Source of the DNA: an uncultured Gammaproteobacteria bacterium
GTDB lineage: Bacteria; Patescibacteriota; Patescibacteriia; UBA9934; GWF2-40-263
DNA length: 64,000 nt
Assembly: GCA_964499955.1 (NCBI GenBank)
Contig: CAZCMI010000001.1
Span: 39,485 to 103,484, forward strand
Reading direction: 5' to 3'
Shown here: positions 40,442-48,923 of the stretch, piece by piece
How the letters are laid out: each line of letters opens with the position of its first letter
How positions within the stretch are numbered: position 1 is the stretch's first letter
Notes under the pieces: model-generated
The model's input: only the letters and a program-made list of their open reading frames with translations
Told to the model about the DNA's origin: nothing
Databases searched by the model: none
Position numbers and translations under genes: made by a program

Positions 40442-41404
40442 ATGTCCGAACAGCGCAATCTCCTGTCCATCGTCGTGCCTGTCTTTAACGAGGAGGGGAA
40501 TCTTCCGGCCCTCGTTGAGGCCTTGCGCGCGGCGGTGGCGGAAACCGGCATGGACGCGCAGTTCCTCTTCGTGGACGATGGGTCCACGGACGGCGGCCCC
40601 GCCTGGCTGGCGGAAGCGGCCCGCCGGGACGAACGCGTGGCGGTCATCGCCCTGTCGCGCAATTTCGGCAAGGAAATCGCCTTGAGCGCCGGGCTGCACC
40701 ACGCGACCGGCGACGCCTGCCTCATGCTGGACGCCGACTTGCAGCATCCGCCGGAACGCATCCCCGCGTTCGTGGCCGCGTGGCGGGCAGGGAACGACGT
40801 CGTCATCGGCGTGCGCCATGACGAAGCGGACGCCTCCTGGGTGCGCCGCGCGTGCTCGGCGGCCTTCGCGCGGTTCATGTCCCGCGCGTCCGACACGCCC
40901 TTCGTGCCCGGAGCCACGGACTTCCGCCTGCTGGACCGGACGGTCGTGGACGCCTTCAACCGCTTTACGGAACACCGCCGCATGACCCGCGCGTTGGTGG
41001 ATTGGCTCGGGTTCCGCCGCGCCTGCATCCCGTTTTCGGCCCGGGCGCGCGCCAACGGCACGTCCCACTACGGCTTCGGCCGCCTGCTGCGCCTGGCGGT
41101 GGCGGGCGTGGTGTCGCACAGTTTCTTCCCGTTGAAATGGGCCGGCATCTTCGGCATTGCCATTACGGTGGCGTCCGGGGCCTTCGGCCTGTTCCTGCTG
41201 GTGGAAAAATATCTCTTGGGCGACCCGTTCGGTTGGAACGTCTCCGGTGCCGCGTCCCTGGCCGTGCTGAACGTCTTTTTGACCGGCGTGATGTTGAGCT
41301 GTATGGGCCTGCTTTCTCTGTACGTTTCGCACATTCACGCGGAAGCCGCCAACCGGCCGTTGTACGCGGTGCGCGCCCGGCTGAACGTGCCGCCGCGGGT
41401 ATGA
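40442..41404 (+). CDS. GT2 polyprenyl-phosphate glycosyltransferase (Dpm1/GtrB/ArnC-like) with C-terminal TM helices
   Basis: LSIVVPVFNEEGNL...FVDDGSTDG...DADLQHPPE plus two C-terminal TM segments. The start lies in the TTCCTATGTCC context. Confidence 0.8.
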   Translation: MSEQRNLLSIVVPVFNEEGNLPALVEALRAAVAETGMDAQFLFVDDGSTDGGPAWLAEAARRDERVAVIALSRNFGKEIALSAGLHHATGDACLMLDADLQHPPERIPAFVAAWRAGNDVVIGVRHDEADASWVRRACSAAFARFMSRASDTPFVPGATDFRLLDRTVVDAFNRFTEHRRMTRALVDWLGFRRACIPFSARARANGTSHYGFGRLLRLAVAGVVSHSFFPLKWAGIFGIAITVASGAFGLFLLVEKYLLGDPFGWNVSGAASLAVLNVFLTGVMLSCMGLLSLYVSHIHAEAANRPLYAVRARLNVPPRV

Positions 41405-43518
41405 CGCCCGACGTCAGCATCATCGTACCGACGAAGAACTCCGCCCGCACGTTGGAGACCTGCCTGCGTTCCTGTCGGGCGCAGGAGGGTGTTTCCGTGG
41501 AGGTCGTCGTGGCGGACAATTTTTCCACGGACGGCACGGCGGAGATCGCCCGGACCCACGCGGACCGGGTGTTTGCGTGCGGTCCCGAACGTTCGGCGCA
41601 GCGGAACGAGGGCGCGCGCCAGGCGCGTGGAAACGTCCTCCTGTTCATCGACAGCGACCTGCGTTTGGAACCGGACGCCGCCCGGGCGTGCCTGAAGGCG
41701 CTGCAGGAGCCGGGCGTTCGCGGCGCGGTCCTGCCGGACGAATCCTTCGGCGAGGGATTTTGGTCGGCGTGCAAGACGGCGGAACGCAAATGCTACGAAG
41801 GGGAAGGGTGGATCGAGACGCCGCGCGCGTTTCCGCGGGACGTGTTTTGGGCCGCGGGCGGGTATGACGAAACGATGGTCAGCGGCGAGGACTGGGACCT
41901 GGCGCAGCGCGTGGGCGGGCCGTTCGTTTGCGCGCGGACGCGCATGTATCACGACGAAGGCCGCCTGCCGTTTTGGGGCGCCGCGCGGAAGAAATGGTAT
42001 TACGGGCGCCGGTTCGTTCCGTACGCGGACAAGGCGGAACACGCGGACCTGCGCCGCGCGCAGCTGAGCGCGCGCAAGCGGTTCGCTCTTTTGTGGCGCA
42101 AGACGGGCGAACGCGGGGAGCCGTTGGCGGTGCGGGTTGGCGTCTTGTGGGTGAAGGCCTGCGAAGGCGTCGCGTTCTTCGGCGGGATGGCTTGGACGCG
42201 CGTATTCGGCGCGCCGCGCGGCATGATGCCGTCCGGCGGGCAGAGCGCCCCCCCCCGCGACATTCCCGCTCGCGGCGCTCTTGACGCCGCGTTCGTGTTA
42301 ACCCCCTGTTTTCCACCGGCCGTGGGCGGGACGGAAGCTGCCTCCTCGCGGCTCGCGCGGTTCTTGGCGACGCGCGTGGGCCGCGTGGAAGTGATTTGTC
42401 CGGCGGATGCCGATCCCGGGGCCGCCCGTGCGTTCGACGCGTCTTTTGAAACGCCCGTGCGCCGGTTCGGTTCCCGGTTGTCCCGTGCGGCGGAGGCAAC
42501 TATCGTCCGTTCGAACCGGGGGACGGACCGCATGTACGGCGGGTCCGCGCCGCCTTCGTTGCGCGCGGGCGTGGAGGCCGCGTTCTTCGGGTGCGCCATG
42601 ACGTGGGGTTTCGCGTGGACCTTGTTCCGCCGAGCGCGGGCCGCGGTGGGCGCGAACGTCGCCGTCTCCTGCCATTCGTTGGCGGCCGTTTTTGCCGCGG
42701 GTCTCGTCCGGCGAGCGGTTCCGTCCAAGAAGATGCGGATCGCGTTCGTCAATGGTTTCGTCATCCAGCGGACGGGACAGACGGTGAAGAACTGGCTGAT
42801 TTCCCTGTGTGTGCGGAGGGCGGACGTCTGCGTGTGCGTCTCGGAGGCCGTGGCCCGGCCCTTGCGGGAGGATTTCGGCGCGCGGAAGACGGTCGTATAC
42901 CACTCCTGGCTGGCGTCGTGGGAGGGCGTGGATCGGGCGTGTGCGGCATCTGACGGCGGGCGCGCGTACGAGGCCGGCGTCCTGCACGTGTTGTTCGTCG
43001 GTCGGATCAGCCGGGAGAAGGGAATCGGGGAATTACTCGCGTGGATCCGGCATCTGCGTGAAACGGGTGACCATCGGTATGCCGTAACGATTGTCGGTAC
43101 GGGGGACCCCGCCTTGGAGCGGGCCGTGCGGGAAGAAGCGGGACGCACGCCGTTCCTGCGCATGTTGGGCCGCGTGGACAAACCGGCCCTGTGGGACGTG
43201 TACGCGTCCCACGACGTTTTCCTCATGCCGTCCGTCTGGCAGGAGGGCGCCGGGAATGTCATTATTGAGGCGGCCGCGTGCGGAGTGCCCGTCTTGGGCG
43301 CGCCCGTCGGCGGGATTCCGGAATTGTCCGGCCTCGTGCCGTTTTCGGCTTTATTGGAAGGGAAGGCGCCGGCGGATTTCACACGGGCGTTGGATGCCAT
43401 GGCCGCGCGCATGCGCGCGGCCGGGCGTCCGGCCGTCGTCCAGGCCTGCCGCGCCGCCGCCCGAACGCATTTTTCGGCTGCCAACGCCGAGGTTATTTGG
43501 AACGCATTCGGTTTATGA
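41401..43518 (+). CDS. bifunctional GT2-GT4 fusion glycosyltransferase (~705 aa)
   Basis: The N-terminal half is GT2 (VSIIVPTKNSARTLETCL...ADNFSTDG...DSDL...GEDWDL). The C-terminal half is GT4 (...VLHVLFVGRISREKGIGELL...EAAACGVPVLGAPVGGIPE). It is a single uninterrupted frame with ATGA overlaps at both ends. Confidence 0.65.
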   Translation: MTPDVSIIVPTKNSARTLETCLRSCRAQEGVSVEVVVADNFSTDGTAEIARTHADRVFACGPERSAQRNEGARQARGNVLLFIDSDLRLEPDAARACLKALQEPGVRGAVLPDESFGEGFWSACKTAERKCYEGEGWIETPRAFPRDVFWAAGGYDETMVSGEDWDLAQRVGGPFVCARTRMYHDEGRLPFWGAARKKWYYGRRFVPYADKAEHADLRRAQLSARKRFALLWRKTGERGEPLAVRVGVLWVKACEGVAFFGGMAWTRVFGAPRGMMPSGGQSAPPRDIPARGALDAAFVLTPCFPPAVGGTEAASSRLARFLATRVGRVEVICPADADPGAARAFDASFETPVRRFGSRLSRAAEATIVRSNRGTDRMYGGSAPPSLRAGVEAAFFGCAMTWGFAWTLFRRARAAVGANVAVSCHSLAAVFAAGLVRRAVPSKKMRIAFVNGFVIQRTGQTVKNWLISLCVRRADVCVCVSEAVARPLREDFGARKTVVYHSWLASWEGVDRACAASDGGRAYEAGVLHVLFVGRISREKGIGELLAWIRHLRETGDHRYAVTIVGTGDPALERAVREEAGRTPFLRMLGRVDKPALWDVYASHDVFLMPSVWQEGAGNVIIEAAACGVPVLGAPVGGIPELSGLVPFSALLEGKAPADFTRALDAMAARMRAAGRPAVVQACRAAARTHFSAANAEVIWNAFGL

Positions 43519-44525
43519 TTGTCGCCAGCGTCGCCGTTCCCGCGCGGAACGCGGAGAAAACCATGGGAGCGTGCCTGCGCGCGCTTGCGCGGCAGACCTT
43601 CCCGCCGGACCAGTTTGAGGTCGTCGTGTGCGACGACGGTTCGACGGACGCAACTCGCGCCATCGTCGAGCGCTTCGCCCAAACCGCCCCCTTCCGCCTG
43701 CGCTTATTGCGGCGCCGTCCCGATGACGTGCACGGCCCCGGCTTTGCGCGCGGGGACGCCTGGCGTGCGTGCGAGGGAGACGTCCTGCTGGCGACGGACG
43801 CGGATTGCGTGCCGGATCCCGCCTGGATCGCCGAAGCCGTCGCGGCCGTGCGGGAACGCGGGGAAGCCGTCGTCTTCGGCGCGACGGTCGCGGAAGACCT
43901 GTTGTTATTTCCACATCGGGCCGCTGCGATCGGCTGGGGCGTCACCGGCAATTGCGCCGCGCGGCGGGACGTTTTCCAGACCCATGCGTTCGACCCCTCG
44001 TTCGTCGGGCTGTACGGCGAAGACGCGGATTATTTCCTGCGGATCGAACGGGCCGGCGTCCGCATCGCCCGCGTTCCCGGCATGCGGGTTCTGCATCCGG
44101 TAAAGGTGTATGGCGCGAAGACGCTCGCGTACCGCGCTTTCAGCAGGAAGAACGAAGCGTTATTGCATAAAAAGCACGGCGGGCGCGCGGCGCCGTTCTT
44201 CCATCCGTTTTTTCGCGCCTTCGGTCGAACGGGCGTTTCCCCGATGTTCCTCGCCGTCGTCGGGTTTTTTCTCGCGGCGGTCTTGCTCATCGCCACCGTG
44301 CCTCTCCGCCTCGTTCTTGTCCTGTTTGCCGCAAGCGCCGTGATGGGCGGCATCTGGTTCCTGTGTTGGGGCTACAAGACGTGTATCATATTCCTGCCGC
44401 CGGACGCGCCGCCCGTGTCGGTGCGGGAACGGGTACGGACGCTCGCTTCGCTTGTCTTGTACATGCCGTGCCTCCTCGCCGCCCGCGTATACGGGTCGGT
44501 CCGATATCATACGTGGTTCGTTTGA
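43515..44525 (+). CDS. GT2 glycosyltransferase with C-terminal TM segments
   Basis: VAVPARNAEKT...VCDDGSTD...ATDADCVPDP. The C-terminus is hydrophobic. Confidence 0.7.
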   Translation: MIVASVAVPARNAEKTMGACLRALARQTFPPDQFEVVVCDDGSTDATRAIVERFAQTAPFRLRLLRRRPDDVHGPGFARGDAWRACEGDVLLATDADCVPDPAWIAEAVAAVRERGEAVVFGATVAEDLLLFPHRAAAIGWGVTGNCAARRDVFQTHAFDPSFVGLYGEDADYFLRIERAGVRIARVPGMRVLHPVKVYGAKTLAYRAFSRKNEALLHKKHGGRAAPFFHPFFRAFGRTGVSPMFLAVVGFFLAAVLLIATVPLRLVLVLFAASAVMGGIWFLCWGYKTCIIFLPPDAPPVSVRERVRTLASLVLYMPCLLAARVYGSVRYHTWFV

Positions 44526-44538
44526 CCTTCTCCCGTCT

Positions 44539-46206
44539 ATGACCTTCGCCTCCCTCCGAACCCACGCCGCCGCCTGGTTGAAGCGTTGGGTGCATCTGTG
44601 GCCGTTTCCCCTGGCCGTGCTGGCCGTCACCGGTCCGTGGTTGGCGCCCGGGTACCTGTTTTTCACGGACTTCGCCGTCGGCCCGTATTCCCGCTTTTCC
44701 TGGCCGACGATTGGGGCGCCGGGAAAGGCGCTCATGCACGTCGTCGGCGCGGTGACCTCGAACGACGTCGGGCAGACGGTCTTTTTGGTGGCGCTGTGCG
44801 CCGCCTTGCTCGCCGGCGGGTACCGCCTGGCCCGCGCGTTTACGGACGACAAAACCGTCGCCGTGGTGGCGGGGTTATTCTTCCTGTTCAATCCGTTCGT
44901 GTACGACCGCTTCGGCTACGGGCAGGTGTGGGTGATCGCCAGCGTGGCCTGCATGGCCCTGGCCTTCGCCTCCGCCTGCGATTGGACGCGCGACCCGGCG
45001 GGGAAGCGCTGGGCCATCTTCCGCGCCTTGGCGTGGGCGGGGTTGTCCGTGCACTTCACGCCGCACGCGGCGTATTTGTTGGCGCCGCTCGCCCTGGCCT
45101 GGCTCGTTTGGTCCGTGCGGGAAACGGTGGCGGCGGGGACGGCGAAGGACATCTGGCGCGCGGCCATCGTGCCCGTGCTGCTCGGTCTCGCGGCCGCGGC
45201 CGTGATGAACCTCAACTGGGTCTGGCCCAGCGGCGGTGGCGGCGGGGGCGGCCTGTGGATTTCCACGGAGGAAATTACGTGGCACCACTTCCAGGTGTTC
45301 CGCACGGCGGGGGAGACGGCCTTCGACGCTTCGGCCCGCGTGGCGGCCTTGGCGGGCTTTTGGGGCGCCGCCCAGCACCGCTACCAGGATTTCACCGCCG
45401 AACCCGGCTGGATGAGCGCGTTCCTGCTGTCCGTGCCGTTGTTGGCCGCGGGCTGGTGGCAGGGCATGCGCGACCCGCGCCGGCGGTGGCTGGCCTGGGG
45501 GACGCTCGCCGCGGCGTTTGTTTCCTTCCTGCTGGCCTTGGGGTTGGCGTCCGCGCCCACGGAGGCGCTCACCCGCTTCCTCTTTGCCCACGCGCCCGGC
45601 TACTCCGGCATGCGCGAAACGCAAAAATGGGCGGCGGTGATGCTGGTGTGCTACGTCGTGTGGCTCACGTGGGGCCTGGCCTGGCTCCGCACGCGCACAT
45701 GGGTGCGCGGCTGGCGCGCGGCGCTCACCGCGTTCGTGGCGGCCGTCATGATCGCCCAGGCGCCGCTGTTGGCCTGGGGGCTGCACGGCGCGTTCACCCC
45801 GCGCCCCTACCCGGACGATTGGCAGGAACTGGCCGTTTGGTTGGAAGAACGCGGCTGCGACGGCACCATCGTCTTCCTGCCGTGGCACATGTACATGGCC
45901 TTCCGGTGGATCGGCCCCGCGCCGGTGATCCGGCCGACCGCCGCTTTCCCGTGCCGCATGCTCGGCACGTCGGACATGGAATGGGGCGGGGTGGAGGTGA
46001 TTGAGCGGGGAGCGCAGGGAGAGGTGGCCGCCTGGGTGAAAGCCCAGGGCAAAACCGACGTCCTGGCCGACCCGGACATCGACATCCGCCTGATCGTCCT
46101 GGCCAAGGAAGCGGACTGGCAGCGGTATGCGTGGCTTGCGAACGTTCCCGAGCTGCGCGGCGTATTCGACACGCCCACGCTGCGCGTGTACGAGGTCGTG
46201 CGGTAA
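44539..46206 (+). CDS. polytopic membrane protein, putative GT-C-fold glycosyltransferase (unassigned family)
   Basis: ~11 TM segments, an internal G9 run and a ~150-aa C-terminal extracytoplasmic domain. Confidence 0.4.
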   Translation: MTFASLRTHAAAWLKRWVHLWPFPLAVLAVTGPWLAPGYLFFTDFAVGPYSRFSWPTIGAPGKALMHVVGAVTSNDVGQTVFLVALCAALLAGGYRLARAFTDDKTVAVVAGLFFLFNPFVYDRFGYGQVWVIASVACMALAFASACDWTRDPAGKRWAIFRALAWAGLSVHFTPHAAYLLAPLALAWLVWSVRETVAAGTAKDIWRAAIVPVLLGLAAAAVMNLNWVWPSGGGGGGGLWISTEEITWHHFQVFRTAGETAFDASARVAALAGFWGAAQHRYQDFTAEPGWMSAFLLSVPLLAAGWWQGMRDPRRRWLAWGTLAAAFVSFLLALGLASAPTEALTRFLFAHAPGYSGMRETQKWAAVMLVCYVVWLTWGLAWLRTRTWVRGWRAALTAFVAAVMIAQAPLLAWGLHGAFTPRPYPDDWQELAVWLEERGCDGTIVFLPWHMYMAFRWIGPAPVIRPTAAFPCRMLGTSDMEWGGVEVIERGAQGEVAAWVKAQGKTDVLADPDIDIRLIVLAKEADWQRYAWLANVPELRGVFDTPTLRVYEVVR

Positions 46207-46225
46207 GTGATGAAGAGGGAACAAC

Positions 46226-46263
46226 GTCCGCCTCACGGCGGGCGTTTCGTTTTGTGGTATACT
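46226..46263 (+). promoter_or_regulatory. terminator hairpin (ccgccTCACggcgg) fused to TTTTGT + extended -10 TGgTATACT
   Basis: gtccgcctcacggcgggcgtttcgTTTTGTGGTATACTcc. The ATG at 46279 lies only 15 nt after the -10 element. Confidence 0.5.
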
Positions 46264-46278
46264 CCTCCCGATTAATCC

Positions 46279-48861
46279 ATGCTTGTTTTCTTTTCCAACG
46301 GTATGTCCCTTGAGAGCGTCCAGACGTGTGCGCGGCAGACGGCCGCGCGCTGGTTGCCCGCGGCGTTGATCGCCGTGGCCGCCTGTTTCCTGTTCGCGCC
46401 GCGCGTGCACGCGCATTTTCTCCGTGTAGACGGCCCGGTCGGTTGGGGCTACGGCTACGGGTACGGCTTTACGGCCGGCTACGGCTGGGACGAAGGAACG
46501 CAGGCGGGCGTGCGCCTGTCCGGTGAACCGGGTCCGGTGGGGGTAGATACGTCCATCTCATCCACCACGTGGCACTTCACCTATAACGAAATCACGGGTG
46601 ATTACGCCTACGAAGTGGTCGGCAACCAGGAATTCGACGACGGAAATGTGCCTCTTGAGGAATTGGACAGCGTCGACGACGGCATGTCCGACGGCGTGTA
46701 CCTGGGCTTCGATTTCCCGTTCTACGGGGAAACGTACGGCTACGGCTACGCGTCCACGAACGGGTTCCTCACGTTCAACCCGGACTCCTACGACGGCTGC
46801 TGCAACGGGCTCGCAATGCCGGATCCGGATCTGGCGGAGGAAGAGGATCTTCATTCCCTTATCGCCGGGTTTTGGACGGACTTGTCCAATAGTTTCGAGG
46901 GGGCGCGCATGTTCTACCGGTTGGTCGCCGGGGAACCCGGCGAGTCCCTCGCTATTTTCCACTGGGAAGATGTCCAGGTCCGGTATAGCGGCGGATCAAC
47001 GGCCACCGTCTCGTTCAGGATCGTCTTGGAGGAATCGGGCGATTTCTACGTGGAGTTGATTGCCTTGAATAACCAGCCGGAGGATAACTACCATCTCACC
47101 ATCGGCAGCTTGAACCAGGACGCCACCCGCGCCACCACGGTGTACAACGCGTTCCACGTGGGTGGTCGGCAGAGCCTCGGTTTGTACGGATACGGCTATG
47201 GCTACGGCCTGCCGTTGTGGAACAATGCCAACGTGCTCGCGTATGACGCGCAGACCAACACGTACGACATCCCCGCGTCCGCGTTCCCATTTGTCGTGCA
47301 ATCCGGCCTCATCGACATCCCCGGCTTCTCCGGCGATCTGGACGACATCGATTACGATGAAAACGAAGACCAATGGATGTCGAGTTTCGTGATGAATCTC
47401 CGCGTTCGCGTCGGCGAGCACACCGTCTATTTCCCGCAGGGCACGATCTTGGACACGGGAGATTTGTCCAACTGGTCGGCGTCGGCCAGCGTGGACACGA
47501 CGGGTGTTGAAGGCACGGTTCGCGCCGCCCTGTCGATCAAGGTGAACTCCTGGGATCTGACCGACATCGACGAAGAAGACCCGGTCTACACCTTCAAGGT
47601 GAACAGCGGGTTGAACGGGCAGAGCTTGGCCGTTTGGTCCTTTGAGGAAGGCGGCTGGTGGTTGACGGAGGACAGCTGCACGGTTTCGGGCGGCTTCTGC
47701 GTCGTCGACTCGTTCGACAACGTCGGTGCCATCGCGCTCTCCGGCGGCACCATTTCCTCCGGCGGCGGGGGTGGCGGCGGCGGTTCTTCCTTCGGCGCCC
47801 CGCAGACGACGTCCCTCACCATCGCCCAACCCACCTCCGGTACCCAGCTCGCCCACGGCAGCTCCACCTCCATCGTGTGGTACGCCCAGGGAGGCATCGC
47901 GCAGGTCCGCGTGTCCCTCTCGTATGACGGCGGTACCACGTGGAGCGTCGTGCTCGGCACCACGCCCAACAGCTTCCTGCCGTGGACGGTTCCCAATGCG
48001 GCCACGCAACAGGCCCGCATCCGCTTGGAAGGATTGTCCTCGAGCGGATCCGTGCTTGCCACAGCCGTTTCCCAGCCCTTCACCATCACCGGCACGACGG
48101 AAGCGCCCGTCACGGTTGTCCCGCCCACGGAAGGAACCATCGGCTTCAACGAAGACCGCCTGGGCGTCTCCTTCCCGCAGCGCGTCACCCGGGAAGAAGC
48201 CAACGCCGCGCTTCCCGCCGGCATCGTCGTGGACGACCTCATCAAAGTTCCCGATGACGGCAATCCCGTCACCCAGTCCGACACCACCGTGTACTATGTG
48301 GGCATGGACGCCCGCCGCCATCCGTTCCCGAGCGCCGCGTCCTTCCTGTCCTGGTACCCGGACTTTGGCGACGTGAAGGACGTCACTTTGGAACAGCTTT
48401 CCGCCATTCCCTTGGGTTCCCCCATCATGCCGCGGCCCGGCACGCACTGGGTGAAGATCCAGAGCGACCCCAAGACCTACTTCGTTTCTCCCGGCTACGT
48501 GCTGCACCACGTTGCCGACGAAGCGACCGCCGCCCTGCTCGGCGGACCCGACTGGAACCGGAACGTCGTGGACATCGAACCCACGTTCTTCCCCCGGTAT
48601 CTCCAGGGCCAGTCCATCACCCTCCAGAACCTCCAGATTTCCTGGCCGTCCGGCGCCCTGCTGCAAACCGTTGAGAACCCGGGCCAAACGTACCTGATGA
48701 CCTCCGAAGGCCTCCGGTTGTTCGCCGACGATTCCTTCGCGCAAAACCGCTACCAAGAACGCTTCATTCTCAAGACGTCCGCTTCCTCCCCCTGGAACGC
48801 TCTCCAGCGCGGGAACCCCATCGCCTCGCAGGAAGACCGGCTGTGGAGTTTGATGCATTAG
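46279..48861 (+). CDS. secreted surface protein (860 aa): GY-repeat N-terminal region, poly-Gly hinge, Ig-like domain, shared C-terminal module
   Basis: GWGYGYGYGFTAGYG, ...SSGGGGGGGSSFG, SIVWYAQGGIAQVRVSLSYDGGTTWSVV and TVYYVGMDARRHPFPSAASFLSWYPDF...HWVKIQSDPKTYFV. An alternative start is at 46303. Confidence 0.6.
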   Translation: MLVFFSNGMSLESVQTCARQTAARWLPAALIAVAACFLFAPRVHAHFLRVDGPVGWGYGYGYGFTAGYGWDEGTQAGVRLSGEPGPVGVDTSISSTTWHFTYNEITGDYAYEVVGNQEFDDGNVPLEELDSVDDGMSDGVYLGFDFPFYGETYGYGYASTNGFLTFNPDSYDGCCNGLAMPDPDLAEEEDLHSLIAGFWTDLSNSFEGARMFYRLVAGEPGESLAIFHWEDVQVRYSGGSTATVSFRIVLEESGDFYVELIALNNQPEDNYHLTIGSLNQDATRATTVYNAFHVGGRQSLGLYGYGYGYGLPLWNNANVLAYDAQTNTYDIPASAFPFVVQSGLIDIPGFSGDLDDIDYDENEDQWMSSFVMNLRVRVGEHTVYFPQGTILDTGDLSNWSASASVDTTGVEGTVRAALSIKVNSWDLTDIDEEDPVYTFKVNSGLNGQSLAVWSFEEGGWWLTEDSCTVSGGFCVVDSFDNVGAIALSGGTISSGGGGGGGGSSFGAPQTTSLTIAQPTSGTQLAHGSSTSIVWYAQGGIAQVRVSLSYDGGTTWSVVLGTTPNSFLPWTVPNAATQQARIRLEGLSSSGSVLATAVSQPFTITGTTEAPVTVVPPTEGTIGFNEDRLGVSFPQRVTREEANAALPAGIVVDDLIKVPDDGNPVTQSDTTVYYVGMDARRHPFPSAASFLSWYPDFGDVKDVTLEQLSAIPLGSPIMPRPGTHWVKIQSDPKTYFVSPGYVLHHVADEATAALLGGPDWNRNVVDIEPTFFPRYLQGQSITLQNLQISWPSGALLQTVENPGQTYLMTSEGLRLFADDSFAQNRYQERFILKTSASSPWNALQRGNPIASQEDRLWSLMH

Positions 48862-48876
48862 AGAACGGCTGACGCG

Positions 48877-48914
48877 AAAACCCCCGTCATATGGCGGGGG
48901 TTTTGTGTTACCAT
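48877..48914 (+). promoter_or_regulatory. terminator hairpin fused to TTTTGTG + -10-like TTACCAT, 9 nt before the subtilisin ATG
   Basis: aaaacccccgTCATATGGcgggggTTTTGTGTTACCATgggcgcgttATG. Confidence 0.45.
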
Positions 48915-48923
48915 GGGCGCGTT

